Source: Dromaius novaehollandiae
Lineage: Eukaryota
Direction: 5' to 3'
DNA: 64,000 bases
Assembly: GCF_036370855.1 (NCBI RefSeq)
Contig: NC_088128.1
Location: forward strand, 292,899-356,898
The first letter of the stretch is position 1. Each line of letters begins with the position of its first letter. Positions 21,301 through 32,789 of this stretch are shown here, piece after piece. The notes beneath the pieces were generated by a model. That model was not told where the DNA came from. It made no database searches and saw only the letters and a program-made list of their open reading frames with translations. The position numbers were made by a program, and so were the translations under genes.

Positions 21301-24300
21301 CGGAGAGGGACCCAAAACAGCCCCAAATCGCCCCAAAATGTGCTCCCCCCTGTCACAGAGGAGCTGCTGGGGAGAGGGAGGGGGAAGCGCCCTGAGGCGC
21401 CCCAAAATGGCAGCCGCCGCCTCACGGGCCGCGCGGTGACCTCAGCGCGGGGCCCGTCCTGAGGCGAGGAGGGACCCAAAAGTGCCCTGATTCACCCCAA
21501 AATGGTTCCCACCCTCCCCCTCGCTCGCCCCACAGAGGAGCTGCTGCGGAGAGGGACCCAAAACGGCCCCAAATCGCCCCAAAATGTGCTCCCCCCCCGC
21601 CACAGAGGAGCTGCTGGGGAGAGGGAAGCGCCCTGAGGCACCCCAAAATGGCGGCCGCCGCCTCACGGGCCGCTTGGCCCCCTCGGCGCAGGGCCCGTCC
21701 TGAGACGAGGAGGGACCCAAAACGGCCCCAATTCACCCCAAAATGGTTCCGATCCCCCCCCCATCTGCCCCACGGAGGAGCTGCTGCGGAGAGGGACCCA
21801 AAACAGCCCCAAATCGCCCCAAAATGTGCTCCCCCCCGCCACAGAGGAGCTGCTGGGGAGGGGGAAGCGCCCTGAGGCGCCCCAAAATGGCGGCCGCCGC
21901 CTCACAGGCCGCTCGGCCCCCTCGGTGCGGGGCCCGTCCTGAGGCGAGGAGGGACCCAAAACGGCCCCGATTCACCCCAAAATGGTTCCCACCCTCCCCC
22001 TCGCTTGCCCCACAGGGAAGCTGCTGCAGAGAGGGACCCAAAACGGCCCCAAATCGCCCCAAAATGTGCTCCCCCACCACCACAGAGGAGCTGCTGGGGA
22101 GAGGGAGGCGGAAGCACCCTGAGGCGCCCCAAAATGGCGGCCGCCGCCTCACGGGCCGCTCGGTGACCTCAGCGCGGGGCCCGTCCTGAGGCAAGGAGGG
22201 ACCCAAAACGGCCCCAATTCACCCCAAAATGGTTCCGATCCCCCCCCCATCTGCCCCACGGAGGAGCTGCTGCGGAGAGGGACCCAAAACAGCCCCAAAT
22301 CGCCCCAAAATGTGCTCCCCCCCTGCCACAGAGGAGCTGCTGGGGAGGGGGAAGCGCCCTGAGGCGCCCCAAAATGGCAGCCGCCGCCTCACAGGCCGCT
22401 CGGCCCCCTCGGTGCGGGGCCCGTCCTGAGGCGAGGAGGGACCCAAAACGGCCCCAATTCACCCCAAAATGGTTCCAATCCCCCCCCCATCTGCCCCATG
22501 GAGGAGCTGCTGCGGAGAGGGACCCAAAACGGCCCCAAATCGCCCCAAAATGTGCTCCCCCACCACCACAGAGGAGCTGCTGGGGAGGGGGAAGCGCCCT
22601 GAGGTGCCCCAAAATGGCGGCCGCCGCCTCACGGGCCGCTCGGCCCCCTCGGTGCGGGGCCCATCCTGAGGCAAGGAGGGACCCAAAACGGCCCCCATTC
22701 GCCCCAAAATGGTTCCCACCCTCCCCCTCGCTCGCCCCACAGAGGAGCTGCTGCGGAGAGGGACCCAAAACGGCCCCAAATCGCCCCAAAATGTGCTCCC
22801 CCCTGTCACAGAGGAGCTGCTGGGGAGGGGGAAGCGCCCTGAGGTGCCCCAAAGTGGCGGCCGCCGCCTCACGGGCCGCTTGGCCCCCTCGGCGCAGGGC
22901 CCGTCCTGAGGCGAGGAGGGACCCAAAACGGCCCCGATTCACCCCAAAATGGTTCCGATCCCCCCCCATCTGCCCCATGGAGGAGCTGCTGGGGAGAGGG
23001 ACCCAAAACGGCCCCAAATCGCCCCAAAATGTGCTCCCCCCCGCCACAGAGGAGCTGCTGGGGAGGGGGAAGCGCCCTGAGGCGCCCCAAAATGGCGGCC
23101 GCCGCCTCACGGGCCGCTTGGCCCCCTCGGCGCAGGGCCCGTCCTGAGACGAGGAGGGACCCAAAACGGCCCCGATTCACCCCAAAATGGTTCCGATCCC
23201 CCCCCATCTGCCCCATGGAGGAGCTGCTGGGGAGAGGGACCCAAAACAGCCCCAAATCGCCCCAAAATGTGCTCCCCCCCCGCCACAGAGGAGCTGCTGG
23301 GGAGGGGGAAGCGCCCTGAGGTGCCCCAAAATGGCGGCCGCCGCCTCACGGGCCGCGCGGTGACCTCAGCGGGGGTTGGGCTGCCAGGACGGCCCCAAAA
23401 CGGCCCCAAATTGCCCCAAAACGGCCCCAAATTGCCCCAAAACGTCTCCCCGTCCCCACAGACATGCTCGACCATCTCACCGCGGTTTTGACTGACAGGA
23501 AAGACCCAAAACGGCCCAAAGTTGCCCCAAAACACTTTTCCATCCCCACACTTGTGTTTGGTGATGTCAGTGCAGGATCTGACTACCAAAAAAGGCCCAA
23601 AACGGCCAAAAATCACCCCAAAACACTCCCTTGTCCCCACACTCACATTCGGTGACCTCAGTGCTGTTTTCACCGCCGAAACGGACCCAAAACGGCCCCA
23701 ATTCACCCCAAAACGCTTCCCTGTCTCCACAAACACGTTTGGTGACCTCAGTGCGGGTTTGACTGCCGAGACCGACCCAAAATCACCCCGATTCGCCCCA
23801 AAACCACCCCGATTCGCCCCAAAACACTTCCCCGTCCCCACACTCGCGTTTGATGACCTCAGTGCGGTTTTGACTACCAAAAAAGACCCAAAACAGCCTC
23901 AAATTGCCCCAAAACACTTTCTTGTCCCCACACTCGCGTTTGGTGACCTCAGTGTGGAATTTGACTGCTGAGACGCACCCAAAACAGCCCCGATTCACCC
24001 CAAGACACTTTCCTGTCCCCACACTCGCGTTTGGTGACCTCAGTGCAGCTTTTGACTACCAAAAAAGACCCAAAACAGCCTCAAATTGCCCCAAAGCACT
24101 TCCCCGTCCCCACACTCATGTTTGGTGACCTCAGCGAGGTCTTGACTGCCGAGACGGACCCAAAACCACCCCGATTCGCCCCAAAACACTTCCCTGTCCC
24201 CACACTCACGTTTGGTGACCTCAGTGTGGAATTTGACTGCCGAGACGGACCCAAAATGGCCCCAAATCACCCCAAAACACTTTCCTGTCCCCACACTTGC

Positions 24301-25195
24301 GTTTGGTGACCTCAGTGTGGAATTTGACTGCTAAGACGGACCCAAAACCGCCCCAATTTGCCCCAAAACACTTCCCTGTCCCCACACTCGCGTTTGGTGA
24401 CCTCAGTGTGGAATTTGACTGCCGAGACCGACCCAAAACCGCCCCAAATCACCCCAAAACACTTTCCTGTCCCCACACTCACGTTTGGCGACCTCAGTGT
24501 GGAATTTGACTGCCGAGACGGACCCAAAACCGCCCCAATTTGCCCCAAAACACTTCCCTGTCCCCACAGATGTGTTTCGTGACCTCAGCGCAGTTTTGAC
24601 TGCCGAGACCGACCCAAAATGGCCCCAAATCACCCCAAAACACTTCCCTGTCCCCACACTCCCGTTTGGCGACCTCAGTGCGGTTTTGACTGCCGAGACG
24701 GACCCAAAACCGCCCCAAATCACCCCAAAACACTTTCCTGTCCCCAGAGATGTGTTTGGCGACCTCAGCGCGATTTTCACCACCGAGACGGACCCAAAAC
24801 GGCCCCAAATCGCCCCAAAACACTTCCCTGTCCCCACACTCACGTTTGGTGACCTCAGTGCAGCTTTTGACTACCAAAAAAGACCCAAAACAGCCTCAAA
24901 TTGCCCCAAAACACTTCCCCGTCCCCACACTCAGGTTTGATGATCTCAGCGAGGTCTTGACTGCCGAGACGGACCCAAAACCACCCTGATTTGCCCCAAA
25001 ACACTTCCCTGTCCCCACACTCGCGTTTGGTGACCTCAGTGCGGATTTGACTGCTGAGACGCACCCAAAACAGCCCCGATTCACCCCAAAACACTTCCTT
25101 GTCCCCACACTCGCGTTTGGTGACCTCAGCGCGGTTTTGACTGCTGAGACGCACCCAAAACCGCCCCGATTCGCCCCAAACGGCCCCCCGTCGCC
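18390..25195. repeat. Three contiguous related arrays filling a 6.8-kb SRCAP intron, all sharing a ccccaaaatgg / gacccaaaac core
   Basis: From 18390 to 20400 the unit is about 60 bp (ccccaaaatggctg(a/c)cacccccctaccccggccgaggagggacctgaaagtgccctgaggtg). From 20400 to 23350 the unit is about 240 bp, with ccccaaaatggttcc at 21013, 21251, 21490, 21732 and further on. From 23350 to 25195 the unit is about 90 bp, with gtttggtgacctcag at 23940, 24036, 24121, 24212 and further on. Confidence 0.85.
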
Positions 25196-25203
25196 CCACT
25201 CAC

Positions 25204-25571
25204 GTGCTTGGCCTGCTCGGCGATCTCGGCGTGCGTGCGGTCCCAGAGGCTGGGGGGCTCCGGGGGGGCGGCGGCGGCGTCCAGCGACCCCCCCCCGGCG
25301 GCGGCGGCGGCGGGGGGGGCGGCGGGGGAGCCGGCCGAGGCGGGCGACACGGGCTCGCCGCCCGTCATGGCGCCCGTTGCGGGGGGGGGCGGCGGCGGCG
25401 GCGGGGGGGTGACGGTCACCTCGGGGCGCTGCGGCGGGCGGGCGGGGGGGGCGCGGGGGGGCGGGGGGGCGGCCTCATCCTGCTGCTCGGGCGGCCGCCG
25501 GGCCGGGCCGTCCAGCTCCTGGGTGCCCTGGCGGCCCAGCCTGCGCTCCGGGCCGCCGGGCGCCGAACCGC
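25204..25571 (-). CDS. SRCAP: SRCAP first coding exon; the start codon is probably the ATG at 25368..25366
   Basis: Translation is MTGGEPVSPASAGSPAAPPAAAAAGGGSLDAAAAPPEPPSLWDRTHAEIAEQAKH, ending in donor |gtgagtgg at 25203. Human has MTGSNPVSPASS...KGPKWEKSHAEIAEQAKH. Acceptor is cccccccgcag at 25572. The in-frame sequence upstream of the ATG is Pro/Ala-rich and unlike the human N-terminus, so 25369..25571 is probably 5'UTR. Confidence 0.8.
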
Positions 25572-25579
25572 CTGCGGGG

Positions 25580-27700
25580 GGGGGGGGGACAGCGCTCAGC
25601 ACCCATGGGTGCCCCCCCCGGCACCCTTGGGTGCTCCCCCCCCCCGGCACCCACCTGCGTGCGCTGGGCCCTCCTCCTCCTCCTCGCACTCCACTTCCAC
25701 GGTGCCGGTGGGGCGGCGAGGGGCGCTGCTGCGGGGGGGGGGGGGAACATGGGGGGGGTCAGGGGGGGCACCCATGGGTGCTGCTGGGTGCCGCCCTTTG
25801 GACCCCATGGTGCTCGCTGACCCCTGACCTGCGTCGCTGTGGGCCCCCCCCCCAGCCCAAAATACACACTGAGGGCACCCTGACCCCCCCCCCATGACAC
25901 CCTGAGCCCCCCAGGACCCCTCTGACCCCCCCATGACACCCTGAGCCCCCCATGACACCCTGAGCCCCCCCCCGGGACCCGTCCCCCATATTGGGGGCAC
26001 CCTGAGCCCCCCAGGACCCCCCTGATGACACCCTGACCCCCCCCAGAGCACCCTGAGCCCCCCCAGGACGTGTCCCCCATATTGGGGGCACCCTGACCCC
26101 CTCTGACCCCCCTCCCCAGGGCACCCTGAGCCCCCCAGGACCCCTCTGACCCCCCCCATGACACCCTGAGCCCCCCCCCAGGACCCGTCCCCCATATTGG
26201 GGGCACCCTGAGCCCCCCAGGCCCCCCCTGATGACACCCTGATCCCCCTCCCAGAGCACCCTGAGCCCCCCCAGGACGTGTCCCCCATATTGGGGGCACC
26301 CTGACCCCCTCTGACCCCCCCCAGGGCACCCTGAGCACCCCAGGACCCCTCTGACCCCCCCCCATGACACCCTGAGCCCCCCCAGGGCACCCTGAGCCCC
26401 CCCAGGGGCACCCTAAACGTCTCCAACCCCCCCACTGGAGGCACCCTGAGCCCCCCCGGGACCCACCCCCTATATTGGGGGCACCCTGAGCCTCTCTGAC
26501 CCCCCCAGGGGCACCCTGACCCCCCCCATGACACCCTGAGCCCCCCAGTGACACCCTGACTCCCCCAGGGGCACCCTAAATGCCTCCAACCCCCCCCCAG
26601 ACCCTCCTGACCCCCCCACCAGGGGCACCCTGAGCCCCCCCCAGGACCTGTCTCTCATATTGGGGGCACCCTGATCCTCTCTGACCCCCCCCGGGGCACC
26701 CCTGCCCCCCCCCAGGGCACCCTGACCACCCCCAGCAGCACCCTAAATGCCTCCAACCCCCCCCGGACCCTCCTGACCCCCCCACCAAGGGCACCTTGAG
26801 CCCCCCGGGACCCGTCCCCTATATTGGGTGCACCCTGACCCTCTCTGACCCCCCCTCCGGGGCACCCTGAGCCCCCCAGCACCCCCTGACCCCCCCCAGG
26901 GCACCCTGACCCCCACCAGTGACACCCTGACCCCCCCAGGGGTACCCTAAATGCCTCCAACCCCCCCGACCCTCCTTACCCCCCCACCAGGGGCACCCTG
27001 ACCCCCTCTGACCCCCCCACAGCACCCTGATCCCCCCGCAGACCTGTCCCCCACATCGGGGGCACCCTAAACCCCTCTGACCCCCCCAGGGGCACCCTGA
27101 CCCCCCCAAGACCCCCCCTAACCCCCATATCGGGGGTACCCTGACCCTCTCCGACCCCCCCAGGGCACCCTGACCACCCCGGGGCACCCTGACCCCCCCC
27201 AGGACCTGTCCCCCACACTAGGACCCCCCCAACCCAATTCAAGACCCCCCTGACCCCCACATTGGGGGCACCCTGACCCCCTCTGACCCCCCCCACCCTG
27301 ACCTGTCTCTCTGACTGGGACCCCCCTGATCCCCTCTGACCCCCCCCCCAGGGCACCCTCACCCCCCCCGACCCTCCCAGAGGCACCCTGAGCCCCTCAG
27401 GACCCATCTCCCACATCGAGGGCACCCTGACCCCCTCTGACCCCCCCCAGGGCACCCTGACCACCCCCCCCCCAGGCACCCTCTGAGCCCCCTGACCTCC
27501 CCAGGGGCACCCTGACCCCCCCTGGGCACCCTGAGACCCCCAGGACCCCCCCAGGGGCACCCTAACCCCCTCAGACCCCCCAGGGCACCCTGAGCCCCCC
27601 AACCCCCCCCCAGAGCACCCTGAGTCCCCCAGGACCCCCCTTGACCCCCAGGACCCCCCCAGGGGCACCCTGACCCCTTCTGACCCCTCCCCGGGGCACC
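25580..27700. repeat. Array based on ggcaccctgagcccccccaggacc, unit about 30-60 bp
   Basis: The array fills part of SRCAP intron 1. It is C-rich on the plus strand. Confidence 0.8.
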
Positions 27701-30050
27701 CTGACCCCCCCCGGCCTTAGGCCCCCCCCTTTGCAGCCCCCCACCCATGGGTGCCCCACGCCGGGACCCCCGAACCAGCACCCAGCACCGGGGCTGCCCC
27801 ACACCGGAGCCCCCCCTCACCCCACACTGGGACCCCTAACCAGGACCCCCCCCCTCACCCCCCACCGGAGCCCCCCAGCCCCACACGGGACCCCTAACCA
27901 GGACCCCCCCCACCCCACACCGGGGCTCCCAGCTGCCCCATAGAGGACCCCCCTCGCCCCACACCGGGACCCCCTCCCTGAGCCCCCCAGGGGAGCCCCC
28001 CCTTGCCCCACATTGGGCCCCACACGTCACCCCATCACCCCAGACCGGGACCCCTAAGTGGGACCCCCTGGCCCCACAGCGGAGCCCCTCACCCCACACT
28101 GGGACCCCTAACTGGGACCCCCAGCCCCACACCAGAGCCCCCAGACCAGAGGCCTCAGGCCCCACACCAGGACCCCCAGCTGCCCCATAGAGGAGCCCCC
28201 TCACCCCACACTGGGACCCCTCTCTGGGGACCCCCCCAGCCCCACACTGGGACCCCTAACTGGGACCCCCAGCCCCACACCGGGACCCCTAACTGGGACC
28301 CCCAGCCCCACACCAGGACCCCTGACTGGAGCCTCTCACCCCACACCAGGGCCCCCGGCTGCCCCATAGAGGAGCCCCCTCACCCCACACCGGGACCCCT
28401 CACTGAGCCCCCCAGCCCCACACCAGGACCCCTAACTGGGACCCCCAGCCCCACGCCAGAGCCCCCAGACCAGAGGCCTCAGGCCCCACACCGGGACCCA
28501 CACGGGAGCCCCTCACTCCACATCAGGTCACCCCACACCGGGGCCCCTGGCTGCCCCATGGAAAGGTCCCCTCACCCCACACCGGGACCCCTCTCTGGGG
28601 ACCCCCCCAGCCCCACACCGGGCCCCCTAACTGGGACCCTCAGCCCCACACCAGAGCCCCCAGACCAGAGGCCTCAGGCCCCACACCGGGACCCACACGG
28701 GAGCCCCCTCACCCCACACCAGGACCCCCTCAATGGGGACCCCCCCAGCCCCACACTGGGACCCCTAACTGGGACCCCCAGCCCCACACTGCGACCCCTA
28801 ACTGGGACCCCCAGCCCCACACCAGAGCCCCCAGACCAGAGGCCTCAAGCCCCACACCGGAGCCCCAAACCGGACCCCCTCACCCCCCACTGGGACCCCA
28901 CGGAGGAGGCCCTCAAGCCCCACACCAGGGCCCCCCTGGCCCCACACCGGGACCCCTAACTGGGACCCCCAGCCCCACGCCAGAGCCCCCAGACCAGAGG
29001 CCTCAGGCCCCACACCAGGGCCCCCAGCTGCCCCATAGAGGAGCTCCCTCACCCCACACCGGGACCCCTCACTGGGGACCCCCCAGCCCCACACCAGGAC
29101 CCCTAACTGGGACCCCCAGCCCCACGCCAGAGCCCCCAGACCAGAGGCCTCAGGCCCCACACCGGGACCCACACGGGAGCCCCTCACTCCACATCAGGTC
29201 ACCCCACACCGGGGCCCCTGGCTGCCCCATGGAAAGGTCCCCTCACCCCACACCGGGACCCCTCTCTGGGGACCCCCCCAGCCCCACACCACGACCCCTA
29301 ACTGGGACCCCCAGCCCCACACCAGAGCCCCCAGACCAGAGGCCTCAGGCCCCACACCGGGACCCACACGGGAGCCCCCTCACCCCACACCAGGACCCCC
29401 TCAATGGGGACCCCCCAGCCCCACACCGGGACCCCTAACTGGGACCCCCAGCCCCACACTGGGACCCCTAACTGGGACCCCCAGCCCCACGCCAGAGCCC
29501 CCAGACCAGAGGCCTCAAGCCCCACAGCGGAACCCCCGGCTGCCCCATAGAGGAGCCCCTTCACCCCACACCGGGACCCCTGACCAGAGCCCCCGGCTGC
29601 CCCACACCGAGGCCCCCTCACTGAGCACCCCCAGCCCCACACCGGAGTCTCCCAGCCCCACGCCGGGGCTCCTGGCTGCCCCATTGAAGGGTCCCCTCAC
29701 CCCACAGCAGGGCTCCCCTTAGGGGGGACCCCCAGCCCCACACCGGGGCCCTCAGCTGCCCCATAGAGGAGCCCCCTCGCCCCACACCGGGGCCCCCTGA
29801 CCGGAGGCCTCAAGCCCCACACCGGGCCCCACACGGGACCCCCTGACCCCACACCGGGGCCCTCGGCTGCCCCATAGAAGAGCCCCCTCGCCCCACACCG
29901 GGGCTGCCCTCACTGGGGACCCCCCGGCCCCACACCGGGACCCCAAACCGGAGCCCCTCGCCCCACACCGGGGCTCCCGGCTGCCCCACACCGCAGCCCC
30001 CTGACCGGAGGCCTCGAGCCCCACACGGGACCCCCGGCTGCCCCACACCG
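27700..30050. repeat. Array of about 60-bp sub-units (ccccacaccgggacccctaactgggacccccagccccacaccagagcccccagaccagaggcctcaggc) with higher-order structure
   Basis: The array fills the rest of SRCAP intron 1. Confidence 0.8.
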
Positions 30051-30219
30051 GGGCCCCCCCGGCCCCTCAGGCGGGCGGGAAGCGGCGGCCGGGGGGAGGG
30101 GAGGGGGCGCCGCGCGCGGCCGTTTCCCGCCGTTTCCCGCGGGCGGCGCGCGCGGGGCCGGGGGGGGGGGCGGAGGGGGGGGGGCAGCGCGCGGGGCCGC
30201 GTCCGCGCCGCCATCTTAC

Positions 30220-30400
30220 CTGGGCGGGAGGGGAGGGGGGAGGCGGGAGGGGGGCGGGGGCGAGGGGAGGCGCCTGCCCGCTCCCGCCTCCGCCGCCGCC
30301 GCCTCAGCCGCGGCGCCGCCGCCGATCCGCCGCCATCCGCGGCCCGCCCGCCCCGGCCGCCGCCGCTCCGCCCGCCCCGGCCGCCGCGCCGCCGCGCCAA
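30220..30400 (-). other. SRCAP: Putative SRCAP non-coding exon 1 (5'UTR); the 5' end is undefined
   Basis: A strong minus-strand donor CCCAG|gtaaga lies at 30219-30218. It overlaps a YY1 core AAGATGGCGGC (plus strand gccgccatctt, 30207-30217). A 4.65-kb repeat-filled intron separates it from the acceptor at 25572. Alternatively the YY1 core marks a TSS and the first exon continues downstream. Confidence 0.35.
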
Positions 30401-31100
30401 AATGGCGCCCGCCGCGCCGCCTCGCTCACCGCCCCCCCCCCGCCTCCCCCGCGCCGCCGCCGCCGCCCGCCGCGCCCGCCGCCCCCCTCCCCCCCGCGCC
30501 GCGCCAGGCCCCGCCGCCGCCGAGAGGGGCTCACGGGAAATGGAGTCCGCGGCGCCAGGGCGAGCGGCAAAATGGCGGCGGCCGCCGCGGCCCGGCGCTC
30601 TCGCGAGAGGGGCGGGCGGCGCCGCCCCCCGCCCCGAGGGGAGGGGGGAGAGCGGAAGTCTCGCGAGAGGAGGGGGCGCGGCGGCGTGGGGAGGGGGGAG
30701 ATCTCGCGAGAGCGCGGCGCGGAGGGGGATGGGAAATGGAGGCGCGGCGCCGGGCGGGCGGGAGGGAGGGAGGAAGTCTCGCGAGAAGAGGGGAGGCGGG
30801 GTGAAAGCGCGGGGACGCGTGCGCGCGAGCTCTCGCGAGAATTGGGGAGGCGAAAGAAAGGGCGGGGAGCCGGCGCCGAGTCTCGCGAGAGCTGGGCGGG
30901 AGGCGGGGCGGCGCCGCGCGGCATGCCGGGAGCGGGCGCTCCCGCGCGGGAACGGCGTCGGGGGGGGGGGAGGAAGATGGCGGCGGGAGGCGCGTGGCGG
31001 CGGGCCCCGCCCCCTCGCCCAAGTCTCGCGAGAGCTGCGGGTCCGGCCACGAGAGTCTCGCGAGACTCGCGGAGCTCCGTGGGAAATGGAGGCCTGGGCG
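30400..31100. promoter_or_regulatory. CpG-island promoter region with eight TCTCGCGAGA palindromes and several YY1 cores, upstream of SRCAP
   Basis: TCTCGCGAGA occurs at 30599, 30659, 30702, 30777, 30831, 30881, 31024 and 31056. YY1-like cores on the plus strand are caaaatggcgcc at 30398, caaaatggcggcggc at 30568 and aagatggcggcgg at 30974. GGGAAATGGAG occurs at 30535, 30731 and 31081. The plus-strand ORF 30402..31199 was judged non-coding. Confidence 0.55.
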
Positions 31101-31289
31101 CGGGGCGTGCTGGGAGATGTAGTCCCGCCCCCAAAGAGGGTCAGAGGGCCCCCCCGGGTCCTAAAGACCTCCCCCCCTCTCCCGGCACCCTCGCATTGAC
31201 GCAGGTACCTGTGACATCACAGGCCTGCCAGTGACATCATCGCTCCCATGACATCACAGCTTGGGCAGCAAAGCATCGAGTAAAGCTGT

Positions 31290-32200
31290 ATTGGGGGGGA
31301 CCAGGTGACAGCACCCCCAGAGGCTCATGGGAAGGTTCCATTTGACACCCGCCCCAGGGGCTCATGGGAGGCTCTGGTTGACTCCAGCCCCAGGGGCTCA
31401 TGGGAAGGTTCTGGTTGACACCAGCCCCAGAGGCTCATGGGAAGCTCTGGTTGACATCAGCCCCAGAGGCACATGGGAAGGTTCTGGTTGATATCAGCCC
31501 CAGAGGCTCATGGGAGGCTCCAGTTGACTCCAGCCCCAGAGGCTCATGGGAGGCTCCGGTTGACACCAGCCCCAGAGGCTCATGGGAAGCTCTGGTTGAC
31601 ATCAGCCCCAGAGGCACATGGGAGGCTCCAGTTGACGCCAGCCTCAGAGGCTCATGGGAAGGTTCCAGTTGACTCCAGCCCCAGAGGCTCATGGGAAGGT
31701 TCTGGTTGACACCAGCCCCATAGGCTCATGGGAAGCTTTGGTTGACCCCAACCCCAGAGGCACATGGGAAGGTTCTGGTTGACATCTGCCCCAGAGGCTC
31801 ATGGGAAGGTTCTGGTTGACACCAGCCCCAGAGGCTCATGGGAAGCTTTGGTTGACCCCAACCCCAGAGGCACATGGGAAGGTTCTGGTTGACATCTGCC
31901 CCAGAGGCTCATGGGAAGGTTCCGGTTGACACCAGCCCCAGAGGCTCATGGGAAGCTTTGGTTGACCCCAACCCCAGAGGCTCATGGGAAGGTTCTGGTT
32001 GACATCTGCCCCAGAGGCTCATGGGAGGCTCCAGTTGACCCCAGAGGCTCATGGGAAGGTTCTGGTTGACACCAGCCCCAGAAGCTCATGGGAAGGTTCC
32101 AGCTGACTCCAGCCCCACAGGCTCATGGGAAGGCTCCAGTTGACCCCCAGCCCCAGAGGCTCATGGGAAGGTTCCAGTTGACACCTGCCCCAGAGGCTCA
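31290..32200. repeat. Minisatellite with a 40-bp unit (ggctcatgggaaggttctggttgacaccagccccagag)
   Basis: More than 20 copies are present. Confidence 0.85.
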
Positions 32201-32785
32201 TGGGAGGCTCCAGTTGACACCAAACTGTCCCCACTGCCCCACAGCTGCCCCCAACTGCTGCCCCAGCCCCACAGCTGCCCCCACTTCTGCCCCCCCAGCC
32301 CCCCAACTGCCCCCCCACCCTGTTAACTGCCCCCCACCTGCCCCCCAGCCCCACATCTGCCCTCTCAGCTGCCCCACGAACCTGCTAACTGCCCCCCATT
32401 GCTCCCACTGCCCCACAGCTGCCCCCCCAGCCCCCCAACTGCCCCCTCGGCTGCCCCCCCCCAGCCTGTTAACAGCCCCCCCAGGGCCCCACACCTGCCC
32501 CCAACTGCCCCCTCAGCCTGTTAACGGCCCCCCATTGCCCCCCAGCCCCACAGCTGCCCCCCAACTGCCCCCTCAACTGCCCCCCCGGCCTGGCAACTGC
32601 CCCCCATGGCTCCCACTGCCCCACAGCTGCCCCCCAGCCCCCCAGCTGCCCCCCCCAGCTGCCCCCCCAGCCTGGCAACTGCCCCCCATGGCTCCCACTG
32701 CCCCCCAGCTGCCCCCCAACTGCCCCCTCAGCTGCCCCCCGGCCCCCGCCGCCCCCCAGCTGCCCCCCAGCCACCCCTCGCCGCC
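32200..32785. repeat. Array with a short unit (cagctgcccccc, about 12-15 bp) and higher-order variation
   Basis: The motifs ctgcccccca(g/a)c(t/c) and ctgttaac are repeated. Confidence 0.75.
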
Positions 32786-32789
32786 TCCC

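Noticed and set aside
18390-25195. An intronic snoRNA, since human SRCAP hosts SNORA30.
   Set aside because: I could not recognise H/ACA-box hairpins or ACA motifs by eye in any non-repetitive intronic segment. The introns are essentially all array. This needs a covariance-model search such as Infernal with Rfam.
25369-25571. An extended SRCAP N-terminus upstream of MTGG (QELDGPARRPPEQQDEAAPPPPRAPPARPPQRPEVTVTPPPPPPPPPATGA in frame back to the acceptor).
   Set aside because: The stretch has no ATG and no similarity to the human N-terminus (MQSSPSPAHPQLPVLQTQMVSDG). It is more simply read as GC-rich 5'UTR, though an upstream coding exon cannot be excluded.
30402-31199. A 265-aa plus-strand ORF (MAPAAPPRSPPPP...) spanning the CpG island.
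   Set aside because: The ORF is a low-complexity Ala/Arg/Gly/Pro translation of a CpG island. I could find no splice structure or conserved domain, so I treat the region as regulatory DNA.
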